The notes below the pieces were generated by a model that saw nothing but the letters and a program-made list of their open reading frames with translations, did no database searches and was not told the origin of the DNA. Source: Octopus sinensis (taxonomy: Eukaryota). Taken from it: a DNA stretch of 64,000 nt. A program made the translations under genes and the position numbers. The stretch spans positions 58,466,001 to 58,530,000 of the forward strand of contig NC_043000.1 in the NCBI RefSeq assembly GCF_006345805.1, read 5' to 3'. Shown here one piece after another: positions 24,401 to 37,440 of this stretch (its first letter is position 1; the number at the start of each line of letters is the position of its first letter).

Positions 24401-25917
24401 AAACAAAACATTGAAACTTCTTGATAGTATTTTCTCTTTTGAATTGGTCATAATTATTTCTTTTTCTGTGATTAAGATTTCCTTTTAGATATAGATTCCA
24501 TTGGTTGTCTCTCATGGCAAAATAAAATGGTAAAAAAAAATATAAAAAAACTAAAACTAAAGTATTTCATATATTAAATTAAGAACACTCCCAATTTCTT
24601 CCAAGTGTTATCAGCTTTTATAAGAGATCTCAATGCAATGATTTTATTTTTTATTTTTATACTTTTTATTGGAACCTTTTGTTGGATTTAATGGGATCCA
24701 GTGTTGTAATCATATTATTGATTTTTTTTTTCTATTGTATGTATTTGATTTTCTGAATTGTTTTATGTGAAAAATCATTAAATTTGATAAAATATTTCAT
24801 TGACTAATATAAAGATTTGTTTTTAATTTCCAATTTATTGTTTAATGGGGAGAAAAAAGTAAATTTCCTTAAAAAATACTGTATTCAAACCAGCCATATC
24901 AGGCCCAAATATTCTACTAGTTTTATGTTCAAACTGACAAGGTCAAGCTTCTCACACCTACCCTACAGTGTCATTCTGAAAATAAACAATTACAATTTTT
25001 AAATATAGAAACTACAAAATAATGAATGACAAATTCAAAACAATTTGAATAAATAAGCATAACATTTGATAGAATAATCTGAATGCTAGAGTTTAGCAAT
25101 ATTCAATTTTGTCATTTCTACAAATTTTGTAAGACCATTATAGAAGATAACATATAATATATATAACTTCAGTGTTTTATAATCACATCATTAGGGCTGT
25201 ATTTTACAAAAAAGCATTTTGCTTAATTTTCTTTTATTTGATTAGCTGAAAAGTTGATAGCATTTAATGCTTTTGATACCAAACTGCCTGAAACCACCCC
25301 TGGTTCAATTGTAAAAACTCCCCATTTTAATCCTTTGCCTGTCATGTGATACACAGGACACATTTCCCTGTCCCCCGCCCCCCCTTTTTTTTTCTAACTT
25401 ACCAGAGTAACTTGGGACTTATGAAAGGCAAGTTTTATATTACTTAGAATGTATGCAACAAGGGCTAACTAAAAGTCATAAAACAAGAATGTTTAAGAGA
25501 AACTTATGAAAATACTTTAGTCAGGCAAATGGTTAAAGTGATCTAAAAACCTTCCATCAAAATTCATGTTAATTTATATTTCAAACACCTAAATTCTTCA
25601 TTATTTTCAAAATTAATTGAAACAAAAACTATTTTTCAATGAAAATATGGTAAAAAAAAGGGTAAATATAGAAAGTTTAAAAAGTGTCATAATATGACAC
25701 TTTTTAACCGAATCTACTAAGAAATTATTTCCTTGCTTGCTTAGTACTGACTGAAATTGGACAATGATATATTTTTTCTTACATTTGAATATAGCCTCAG
25801 ATTAGTTAGCAAAAAAGCAAGTCATGTGTATGCAATTCCTAGCAACATAAATAAAATGATTTTTAGTTTTGAATGAGACTGAAAGGCTGACTTCTGTTGT
25901 ATGAACTCACTCTTTAA

Positions 25918-26138
25918 CTCTTCATCACTTAGATTACTCTATCAAATATAATGCGTATTTAATCAGATTATTTTGAATTAATTATGCATTATCTCATAAC
26001 TTTGAGATTTTGATGATGTGACTGTTTATTTTTAGGATGGCATTGTAGGGTAGGTGTGAAAGACTTGATCAGTCCAGTTTGAACAATAAAACAGGTAGAA
26101 TATTTTGGCAGGGTAAGGCCAGTTTAAATGCTAAAGGG
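25918..26138 (+). mobile_element. piggyBac-type MITE (family of 1417-1631)
   Basis: TTAA flanks, right TIR AATGCTAAAGGG, same internal sequence; partial copies at ~24880-25090 and ~28620-28820. Confidence 0.7.
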
Positions 26139-29100
26139 TTAATCATCACCGTCATCATCATCATCATCATTTAACATCTGCTTTTCATGCTGACATGGGT
26201 TAGATGGTTTGAATGAAACTGGTAAGCTGGAGAGCTGCATCAGACACCAATCTGATTTGGCATGGTTTCTATGGCTGATTGCTCTTCCTAATGCCAACCA
26301 CCCCAAGAGTGTAATGGGTGCTTTTTATGTGCCAGTTATGTGACACCAGCATCATCAACCACAACTACAATTTCACTTGGCTTGATGAGTCTTGTCAAGC
26401 ACAGCATATCACCAAAGGTCTTCATCATTTAACACCTTCATGAGGCCCAATGTTCAAAGGGTGCTTTTTACATGCTATTGGCATGGTTGCCTGTTATGTG
26501 ACACTGGTATCGGCCACAAATACAATTTCACTTGGCTTGACAGGCCTTCTCAAGCATGCATATCATCAATGGTCTCAACAGACAAAAATAAATGGACCAC
26601 ATCATTTCTACTTCCCTTGTACAACCACAAATGCTTCCCATGCTAAATTAACCACTGGTTTTAATCCTGTGTATAGATAATTAAGATTTAGGATATTGGC
26701 CAAGTGAGTAGACTGTCAGACTGCAGAGGTTGGTATGGTGGGTGGGGAGCAGAGTCGATTCCTACTCAATCATAAATGATGGAGTAGGAATTTCTTATGT
26801 CAGTGACCAAAACATTTCTTACTGGCTAAGATCACTTAGCTGTTATTTGATGTCATGAATAGAGTACATCTTTATCAGCAACAAGAGCACAAGAGCACCA
26901 TAGCCTAACAAAACCAAATTTCAAGTAACATGTTGTTGGAATAGGAAACTGGAAACTATTCTAATAGTCTTTCCACAGAGGTCCTGATGCTTGTAGCCTT
27001 ATTAAAACATGAATATCAACAGTTTAAAGAAATTAAGAAGATTTTGTCATTTAGTGGGGAGTGGGGGATATTAAAATGTGAAAATTCCAAATCATGAAAT
27101 CATGATAAAGTTAAGATGGCTTAAGAGAAGTTGCCAGCAATTAATATTAGATATTTAATAGATGAAAAACAGGATTTTGTGACACTCGTCTTTTTCCAAG
27201 CTTTCAAATCATTATAATATATTATTTAAGTCTTTGTCATCAGGATTGACCATTTAGTTGTATCCGTATGCACAGACCCAAGCAAGATATTTTGCAAAAG
27301 ACTGGCAATTGTTTATGCATGGTAGTCTCCCCTCTCTTCATATCAATGTTGCTTAACAGAAAAATCACTGACTTGGATTAATAAGCTTGGCTTCTGTGTT
27401 ATTAAAGGTTTTGCTGTCAGAATGCAATGAGCCAGAACATACAACCAGGCATACTAACTCTCTGCCTGTCCACTGCCTTGGATTGGTACGTTTTGTTTAC
27501 CCTGAAAGGATGAAAGGCAAAGTAGACCATGGTGTGATTTGAACTCAAAATAGAAAGAGAACAAATACTGCAAAGCATTCTTCCTAACACTTTATTGACT
27601 CTGCCAATATTCCTACCTTACATAAATAAACTCGAAAAACTGTTTGAAATGAAGAGTCAGTTATAGACTCAGCTGATTTTCTGTAATGAGTAAAGACACA
27701 TTACAGAAAATGGCTATTGAGGACAACTGGAACATCAGAAAAATTGCATTATTCAAATTATTTTGCATCTGGTTTTGCACACTCCATAAAGTAGATGGGA
27801 TTTGGAAGGGTATACAGTTGTAGAAACCATGTTAAATCATGTAGAAACTGCTTTGTGCATCCTTCTGGCTCACCAGTCCCTGTTGAACCATCCAACTCAT
27901 GCCAGCATGGAAAACGAATGCTAAATGATGATGATGGTTTTCTATATAACTACTGTTAATGGTGGAAGAATGGATACTGTGTTTATTATTTGTAGGACTA
28001 AGAAGTTTGATTTAAATACATTCCTGTAGCTTTGCTTCTTTCACCTTCGTAGGTAATAAGAACTAAGTCTTTTATATGATACCTTCATCAACGATTCATG
28101 TTAATACTTTATGATCAAAGAACTCTTCAACACAGCAACATGAATCATCCTTCAAAATTTCAAAGCACTGTTGTAATTGTATTATAAATTTATGGAGAAA
28201 AGGATAGTAATAATCAAATTATGCAAAAAGAAACACCGGAACTAGTTTATATTTTACAAATAATGATTTATTACATAAATATCTAACCAAAATTATGTTA
28301 AATTAGCTAACTTGACAAACACCTAAAAACAGTAATTGAAATTAGGGGGAATACTTGAAGCAAGGGACGTAACCGAGAATGCTAGCTTAATCCACGATGT
28401 TCACGCAAGCACAACACGTACTGCATTTGTGAACAACAAACCTCTTTGGATATGGGAAACAACTTACTAACCACGCAAGAAGTATAAAGTACACTGCAGA
28501 AAAATTCGTCTCTATACACTAGTGTAATTCTCTGTTGTCTTCAGTAACCATTTTCTGTAAAATAACGTCGTCGTGATAAATATTTTGCTTCTATCTATCG
28601 ATTTGAAATAAATCAACCCTTTATTGTTGAAATTACTCTGACAAAGCTTATTTATTCATATTATTTTGAATTAATCATGTATTATATCATAGATTAGAGA
28701 TATTGATGATGTTATTGCCTATATTGTAGGATAGGTGTGAGAGACTAGATCTGACCGGTTCGAACATAAAATAGGTAGCATATTTGGGCCGGGTATGGCC
28801 AATTTAAATGCTAAAATATTAAGTAGAGGTCTTTGCTAGGAAAAATCAAAGTTTCTATGATGGAATCAACCTTTTGTGACACGAGAAGCGAATTATGTTT
28901 TTTGTTCTACTTTTCTCAGATCCCATAAAAAGGGTACTGTTCCCAAATAATTACCCACTATACAGAGTCCACACTATTTACAGAGCGAGCTGGTGCTTTT
29001 CTATAATACTATATATTTAAAGTTAGATGAATTCGATATTGAAAATTCAATATTCTGACAGTTGTCACAATACTTCACCAGTGATGTGATACGAACTGCA

Positions 29101-29603
29101 CTCTTCATCAAGTTTGCCATCACTCAAGCAGCTGTTATGAACTAGATGGAGATTTTCCCCGGTAATTCCCTCATTATCAGTATCTATCTTATCGACGACT
29201 GAAGAGACACTGGAGTGTTGCAAAATTTATGTCACCAGATGATTTGGGATAAATTTCAAGTATTTCAAGGGACATAACTCTATACATTACAGCTTGATAA
29301 AAGCTCTAAATTTAACTACATTGAAGAAATTTCTTTGTACGATCTGCTATTCACCATTTACCTACATCACATAATTTTACTTCATCACGATTTCACTGAG
29401 AACAGAGAAATATATATTTAAGCACGTAAATGCATGATTATCCATCTGACCAAAATGTTCAATAAATTTTCCATTCGTTGAGAAACTAATTATCTTCAAT
29501 TTGAAATTTTCACTAGTTATTCAAACACCTTTTGCATTATCAGACATCACAACTTTGGGTTGAGTTTTCTTTCTTTTAATGAACTGGATTTCACATACTG
29601 ATC

Positions 29604-29635
<32 letters not shown>

Positions 29636-29637
<2 letters not shown>

Positions 29638-30192
29638 GCCCTGATGCAGCACCAGGCAGTAGCTCTCGTGGCTTCTGATCTTAACTGATTGGAAGTGTTA
29701 TCATGTAAATTGTTTTGTCTTGGTATAAAAGATGGGCTACAGCAAATATTCTGCTCAATACCACAGATATGCTTGTCAGTTGTTTGACCTTAACCAGTTG
29801 ACCATGTCCCTTAGTGGCTGACGATATGTGCATCATTGATCACGAGCAGAAGTAGTGGGGGAGCATCATAGCCATGTGTTGAGAGGGATTCTTTGGGGTT
29901 TGAATAATTCACCTCAGAAAACATGGGTGTTTCGTTCAACATCCTTAAACAACCCTTATTCAGGGACCTTTTGAGCGGGATGGGTTACTCGACCAGAAGA
30001 AAATTCTAACTGGGCCCCACCTGCAAGGTCATGTGCTGTTTATATTGATATGAGATCACTATGTCGCGCACATATGGTTGTGATGCATGTGCCTAGTGTA
30101 CCCTTATCAGACGGGTAGTCATGATGGGTATACTGGGCTTCGTATATTTTACCCCAGTGTCACTTTGATGGCATGCACTGTTCTCTCACTCA
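29636..30192. repeat. Unclassified ~560-bp GC-balanced block between (AAT)n tracts, probably an interspersed repeat
   Basis: Sharp composition change bounded by (AAT)n on both sides; no ORF and no second copy in the window. Confidence 0.35.
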
Positions 30193-30219
30193 ATAATAAT
30201 AATAATCTTTTCGACTAGA

Positions 30220-30405
30220 GGCACAAGGTCTGAAATTTTAGGGGAGGGGTGAGTCGATTACATCGACCCCCAGATCGGTACTTATTTTATCGACATCGTA
30301 AGGATGAAAGGCAAAGTCGACCTCAGCAACTCACAATATAGCGACGGGTGAAATACCGCTGAGCATTTCGCCAGGCGTTAACGATTCTGCCAGCTCGCCG
30401 CTTAA
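30220..30405 (-). mobile_element. tRNA-derived SINE (family B)
   Basis: Core GAAAGG(A)TGAAAGGCAAAGTCGACCTC and terminal GCCAGCTCGCC (reverse complement of the head). Confidence 0.7.
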
Positions 30406-30420
30406 TGATAATAATAATAA

Positions 30421-32655
30421 TGATTTCATTTATTTGCCACAAGGATAAAGGAGAAGAGGGAGATTACAAAGTCAGACATAAATTGTGGGGGTTTACATAT
30501 AATGAAATGATTTTTAAAATGTTTTGAAAGAAAGAAAGAAAGAATACACGGTATACACTGAAACATGCATAGCATACAAATGTCTTAAACAAAGGGAGGC
30601 GGAGAGGATGATAGCGAAGTGAGCCTCCTGATACAGGAAGGCCCTTGGGATAATCGAGGAACCCCACTGTCCGAGATTTCCTTGAAACTCCAGGAGCAAG
30701 TGCCATCTCCAATTCCTTCTCTCCGACTCATAGGTCTGCACTTAAGGAGGTACCATCCACTCTTGCCATTTTCGCAACTTTCACCCACCTTTCTATAAAC
30801 TCGCTCGAGGACAGCACTTCTCTCTCCACTTTCAATTCCCTTTTCTAATGAAATTTGAAGAAGTCAATGAGAGTTCTACCAAAGCGGAATGTCCCTGTCC
30901 TCAAGCCTTTCAGCCTTATCCACCAAACAAGCTCTTTCGCTACAGCCACCAGGCAAAGGAAAACTGCCTTGCCTGCCCGACTGAAGGAGGGCGGCGGTGC
31001 GATCATTACTACAGACTCGGCCGACAGACGGATTCGTCCCACACGTGACAGCAGCTGTTCGACATAACTCCACAAGTCAGCAATACCCAGACACTGAACG
31101 AGGGCTTGCAGAATAGTTTCGTCACTCTGCGCGCACCTCGGACAAGCCCGTCTGATAGCACATCCGTGCCTGTAGAGTTTATCTCGAACTGGTGGTGCCT
31201 CCCGGAAGCACTGCCGAACCAAGGACATCTGGAAATTATCCGTGATAGTTTCCGACCGGAATGTCCTCAGGAACAGACTAGCCAGTTTGCTCTCGTCGGC
31301 GCCCAGAGTCTCCCAGTGAACGTCGTCGCACTTCCTTGTTACTAATCTTCTATAAATTTCTAATGCGAAACATCCACCGATTCCATTACCCGACTGGTAG
31401 AAGGCTGTGAGCGCCTGGCGATATTCTAGGTGCCAGGCGCCCAGTCTCGAACTTTTCTTCACCCAGATCTGCAGCTCCGTCAAGGAGACGAGCTGTGAAA
31501 AGACAAGCCTTACAAACGGAGCCCACACACGCAGGTGGTGTAACCTAAGAGCGTATCTGCGCGTTAGGAACCACAGCATACCTAATTCGCCTCTCGGAGG
31601 ATGCTGGCAACAGACTGAGCGTTTGACCATTGGAACACGTCCGTTCCACAAGAATTTAAATAAGAGACGCTCCAACCTGGTCAAGCAGTAACTGGGACAA
31701 GGCACGACGATCAGGTGATAAATGATAACGGAGGCGATGTAAGCATTCGCCACCTCTGCCCGACCTTTCAGGGACAGCTTCCTCTCAGCCCATTTCTGGG
31801 TAAGACTGGTCACCCTGTTCGCCATCTCGTCCCAGTTCTTATCAACCTGGAGATTAGAATCAAACCAGACCCCGAGCAGTTTAATTGGTCTGTCAGTCCA
31901 GCGTCCGTCAACACCGTCCGATGGCATCGTCCTGCCTCTCCAGGAGCCCAAACGCAAACCCACTGATTTGTCGGCGTGGATTTTAGCCTCTACAACCGAC
32001 TTATATTCCTTTAAAATGGTACTGACCCTCTCCACTTCGAAGGCGTCCGACACCATGACGGTGACGTTGCCCGTGTATGCCGACACTGCTCTTCCTTGTC
32101 CCAGTTCGAAAGGGATGCCCCTTAGCTGTTCCAACTTCCGCAGCAGTGGCTCGAGTGCCAATACGTACAGAAGAGGTGACAGCGGGCAGCCCTGACGGAC
32201 CGAGCGTGCGATACCAAATGGCTCCGATAGGTGACTGTTTACTTTAACCACTGAACAAGTGCCGCCGTGCGTTGCAGCGATCCAGCCTCTGAAAACGGGT
32301 CCGAAACTGCCTGCTTTTGAGGACGGCTTCCAAGTAGCGATGGTCGACCTTATCGAATGCTTTTGATTGATCCAAATTGATCAGAGCACTCCCGAAGCCA
32401 ACTTTGGTTCCAGCCTCCTTTATGATGTATCGCATAAGGTAGAGGTTCTCGTGGATAGACCTACTCGGGATTGCGTACGTTTGCGCTCCTCCGACCAGGC
32501 TACCGACGACAAGCGCCAGCGTTTTCGCTAACATCTTGGCCAAAATCTTAAACTCTGTGTTTAGTAGAGTTATGGGCCGAAAATTCTCTAGTACGGTCCC
32601 ATTGTCGGCGTCCTTCCCCAGCAGTGTCACCACACCTCGGCTAACAGCATTAGGC
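30421..32655 (-). mobile_element. 5'-truncated L1/Tx1-clade LINE (RT and C-terminal zinc finger), inactive
   Basis: ORFs 32244-32687 and 30845-32251 give NFRPITLLNTEFKIL, LDQSKAFDKV, VRQGCPLSPLLY and CPRC...ETILQALVQC. YADD is mutated to YTGN; frameshift near 32250; AATAAA at the 3' end; (ATA)n on both flanks. Confidence 0.92.
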
Positions 32656-32954
32656 ATAATAATAATAGTAGTGACCAGCAAGTTCAAGGGAGGGAGCTAT
32701 TTTAGTGTTTCTCAACCATTCTTTTTTATTTCTGGATACATTTCATCCCTATTTTACTCGAATGGATTCTTCCAGACATTCGATGTTTTAAAAATTGCAT
32801 TATATTTTTATTGTTAAATTTTATTAGGAATTGTATAAAAAATGTTAAACTATTTTGTGTATTGTATAAGTTTAACCAATTTATTACAGATAAAAATAAA
32901 ACCACAAAACCTTATATGGACTCCAAAAGCCATATGGACCATGGTTGAGAACCG

Positions 32955-33140
32955 CTGGTCTAGTCGATTACATCGACCCCAGTAATCAACTGGTACCTAT
33001 TTTATCAATCTCGAAAGGATGAAAAGCAAAGTCGATTTTGGTGGAATGCTGCTAAGCATCTTTCCCGGCGTGCTAACGACTATGCCAGCTCGCGACTTTC
33101 AAAATGGACAACAACAGCAACAACAACAACAACAACAATA

Positions 33141-33184
<44 letters not shown>

Positions 33185-34085
33185 CCTTTCTACTGCGGGG
33201 TGGGGACTAGTCGATTATATATATCGATCCCAGTGTTTCACTGGTACTTAATTTATCGACCTCGAAAGGATGAAAGGCAAAGACAACCTCGGCGGAATTT
33301 GATCTCAGAACGTAAAGACAGACAAAATACTGCTAAGCATTTTGCCCGGTGTTCCAACGATTCTGCCAGCTCGCAGCCTTAATAATAATAATGATGACGA
33401 CGATGAGGAGGAGGAAGATATACTACTGAGGCAAGAAGACCAGACATGATTATAGAGGACTAAATAAAAAGCGCAAGATCACAGATTTCGCAACCCACTA
33501 TTATAGCAGAGTTGATATCAAAGAAATGGAAAAAAAATTGAGAAATACCAGGGTCTAGCCAGAGAGCTGAGGAGATTGTAGAAGACTAAGACAACACTTA
33601 TTCCTGTAGTAATAAGTGAACTTTGCTCAACAGTCAAAATGCTACTGAAAGAAATTGAAATTGTCGACCTGCAGAAAAGTACCATTCATTCTACATTAAT
33701 AGTGAACCACTTAATCTCTAGATATAAAGTTTTAGCACTAGTAGAGTATAAATCAAGATGTGACAGAGTTGGCGAATATCTGCATTGGTTGATATGTCGG
33801 TATTATAAAATCAAAACTGTTGACAAGTGGTGTAAGCATCACCCTGAGGTTGTAACTGAGGGAGAAAATGTAACGATTCCTTGGGACTTTCCAGTACACA
33901 CAGACCAAACCATCAAAGCTGATAAAATGATATTATTCGAGAATGATCCCTGGTTTACCATCCCTACAATACTGGATATAAATTAAAAACACGATAAGTC
34001 AAGTAAAATATAATTTAAATAAAATAACGCGAAATACAAATTGGGTTTTACCCACACGCAAGTTAAAAAGTTCTACCTGGATCAA

Positions 34086-34117
<32 letters not shown>

Positions 34118-35115
34118 AATTCTTTCTACTAGAGGCACAAGGCCTGAAATTTGGGGTGGGGAACTAGTCGATTTCATTGACCCCAGTGTTTCACTGGTAC
34201 TTAATTTATTGACCCCGAAAGGATGAAAGGTAAAGTCGACCTCGGCAGAATTTGAACTCAGAACAAAGCGGTAGACGAAATACCTATTTCTTAACTACCC
34301 ACAAGGGGCTAAACACAGAGAGGACAAACAAGGACAGACAAATGGACTAAGTCGATTATATCGACCCCAGTGCGTAACTGGTACTTATTTAATCGACCCT
34401 GAAAGGATGAAAGGCAAAGTCGACCTCGGCGGAATTTGAACTCAGCACGTAGCGGCAGACGAAATGCCGCAAAGCATTTCGCCCGGCGTGCTAACGTTTC
34501 TGCTAACCCGCCGCCTTTATAATAATAATAATAATCTTTTCTACTATAGGCACAAGGCCTGGATTTTGTGGGGAGAGGTAAGTCGATTACATCGACCCCA
34601 GTGCGTAGCTGGTACTTAATTTATTGACCCCGAAAGGATGAAAGACAAAGTCGACCTCGGCGGAACTTGAACGCAGAACGTAGCGTCAGAAGAAATACCG
34701 CTAAATATTTCGCCCAGCGTACTAACGATTCTGTCAGTTCGTCGCCTTTATGATGAGAATGATAATAATAGTTTCAAATTTTGCTACAAGTGCAGTCATT
34801 TTGCGGGGAGGGGACTAGTCGGCTACATTGACCCTAGTGTTTCACTGGTACTTATTTTTTATCAACCTTGAAAGGATTTAAGGCAAAGTCGACCTAGGCG
34901 GAATTTGAACTCAGAATGTAGCGACAGACGAAATATCGCTAAGCATTTCACCAGACATGATAACGATTCTGCCAGCTTGCCACCTTTATAATGATGATGA
35001 TGATGATAATCCTTTCTACTCTAGGCACAAGGGGAGGGGACAGTCGATAACATCGACTCCAGTACTCAACTGGTACTTGATTTATCGACCCCGAAAAGAT
35101 GAAAGGCAAAGTTGA
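32955..35115 (-). mobile_element. Cluster of about eight family B SINE units separated by (AAT)/(GAT) tracts
   Basis: Repeated GAAAGGATGAAAGGCAAAGTCGACCTCGGCGGAATTTGAACTCAG core at ~33015, 33265, 34217, 34400, 34632, 34870 and 35095. Confidence 0.8.
33425..33925 (+). mobile_element. R4/Dong-like LINE relic (REL endonuclease and post-zinc-knuckle region, pieces in swapped order)
   Basis: RPDMIIED..DFA..KE.EK.EKYQGLARELRRL..IPVVI at 33430-33700 and HLIS..LA.VEYK..CDRV...LHW.IC...WDFPVHTDQTIKA at 33700-33920. Confidence 0.65.
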
Positions 35116-35119
35116 CATT

Positions 35120-35760
35120 GATGGCAGTAATGAGAAAGATAAAAGTCTTAAGCAGTGATGAGGTAAAGGAAAATGGTGAATTTCAACAAGACACGCAGAA
35201 TGACACCCTGAATAGATGGAAAGAAAAATAAAACGTGTTTAGTCAATTCTAGCAGGAAATGCCTGAGGCAGTTGAGATCTGGGATGAATTAGGGAAAACG
35301 ATTTGAAAGTTGAAACTGAAGCCCTTATCTTCACCAAGAACAGGCACTGAGGTCGAATTATATGAAGTTTAATATTAAAATGTCAGTGACTTTTGTCTGT
35401 TGAGAAAGGTGAATCAATAACCATTTAAGGTGCTTGCACAGAAAGAGTACAAGAGAAGGTACGACAACATTGCCAGATTGGTTTACCGGAAATGAGCAGA
35501 AGTAAGAAATGAAATGATCACCAACAGGAAAGGTTTGCTGAAAACGAAGAATATTAGATCTTGTTGGGTATGACCATCCAGGGTGATGACCTTATTGTGG
35601 CAAGAAAACATGACATTGTAGTCGCAGAAAAGAAGAGGGTCAACGTAATTATTGTGGATGTTGCTTTACCGTAGGATCACAGGGTGGATGAGAACGAAAG
35701 CGATGAAGATAAGAAATATTAGAAGCTGAAGACGAAAATTAAAAAAACTATGGCGTACAT
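35120..35760 (+). mobile_element. Second R4/Dong-like LINE C-terminal relic
   Basis: Broken frames give LKVETEALI, EYKRRYDNIARLVY and DIVVAEKK..IIVDVALP.DHRVDE. Confidence 0.6.
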
Positions 35761-36235
35761 TTTTGGTTGCATATTTTATTTTATTTATTCTATTTTGTCC
35801 AACCTACCTCATCCTCCCTTATACCCACTTACTTTTTTACACTGCCACCCCTTCTCAATTTTTTTATCATTTTTTATAATTTTCTTTCCGTCGTAATACT
35901 CAATGTTTACATACTATTCTTTACATGTTACACGGACGACGACGTTCTGCGTAGTAATACATTATATACTTTACACACAGTTTGTACTATTCACTACAAA
36001 ATAGTGCCAAGAGTGGGGATGCACGTATACACAGATATGAGTGTGTAACACTCAACTTTTTAATTGCACTATTTTTTATAATTGTATTAATTTCTTTTTT
36101 ATACCTTTAATTTTTATTATTTCATTTTTTTTATCTTGCCTCTGCTAATTTTTGTAAAAAACGTTTTTTACATCTCGTATTCTTCCCTACCCCACCCGTT
36201 TCTTTTAATATTTATCAACCTTTATTTTATTTCTA

Positions 36236-37150
36236 TAAACACACACACATACATACACACACGTACATATACACACATCCGAAAAAATACACGCATCCAC
36301 GGACACACATGAAGGCACATATACCTCCAACACACACCACACGCATACACACAACACACATACATGCACATACACACACACATACATCCACACACACATA
36401 CACACGCACATACACATAGACACACGCGCACACACACACGTATGCATACAATAACGCGCATATACCTCCACATAACACAACCCCATGCACACACTCAAAT
36501 ACACACACGCTCATACACACCAGCACACACACACACGCATACATACATACACATGCACACATACACGCACGCACACGCACACACACAACACACACATACA
36601 TGCGTGCACACACACACGTACACAAACGTGCACACACATACACATATACACACGCACAGAAATGCAAACATACCTAACACACAACCCCACGCACGCACAG
36701 ATACACACACGCATACACGTACACACAACTACACACATACACGCACATGCATATACACACGCACACACAACATGTGCATACACCCACGTACACACGTACA
36801 CGCAACATATACATACACGCACATACATACATACACACACGTACACACACGCACAGGTACATACACACATGCGCGCAAACACGCACGGGAATGCATACAT
36901 ACCTAACACACACAACCCGACGCGCACACACATACACACACCTACATACACACACACGCATACATACACACACACGCATACATACACAAACACACGCACA
37001 CACGTACACACAGCTTACACACACGCACGCGAATACACGCACATATACCTCCACACACACAACTGATACACACACATACGCACACATACGTGCTATTGCA
37101 CACACACAGAGACTTGCGCACACGCACATACACACACATACACACACACC
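36236..37150. repeat. Degenerate (CA)-rich satellite, ~900 bp
   Basis: CA/TA/CG dinucleotide mosaic; source of the spurious His-Thr and Val-Cys ORFs. Confidence 0.95.
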
Positions 37151-37285
37151 TCCTTCTCTTACACTCTCCTGTCTTAGAAAGAACTTTTTCTTTACCCATT
37201 CCCTTCCAGTCATTTCAAAATGTAACCACATGTGAATCGTTGGCGATTTTCTTCCCCCGTCTTCCCTTCTATTGGAATTTGCTCT

Positions 37286-37321
37286 GTTTCCGAAGAAGAG
37301 CATCTGCTCGAAACGTTAAAC
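37286..37321 (+). ncRNA. Minimal hammerhead-like motif (CCGAAGA core)
   Basis: GUUU-CCGAAGA-A-GAGCA(UC)UGCUC-GAA-ACGU-U-AAAC: stem I 4 bp, stem II 5 bp, palindromic AACGUU stem III. Confidence 0.45.
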
Positions 37322-37440
37322 CATCTTTCTTTCCTTCCCGGAGCGTCTGCTAATACCTTACATGTACCACGTCCTCGCGTTGTTGTGTTTTTTGTGTTTG
37401 TTCTTTTTTGGATTTACCACACACACACACACACACACAC

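Noticed and set aside
35932-35965. CGGACGA-C-GACG(TTCTG)CGT resembling a hammerhead
   Set aside because: Both conserved boxes are mutated; cannot be supported.
36153-36172. Perfect 20-bp palindrome TGTAAAAAACGTTTTTTACA
   Set aside because: Mostly A/T runs in AT-rich DNA; no functional context.
36205-37353. Long His/Thr- and Val/Cys-rich ORFs
   Set aside because: Translations of the CA/TG satellite; the same applies to ORFs at 38806-39145, 46421-46830, 49835-50116, 52891-53129 and 57938-58246.
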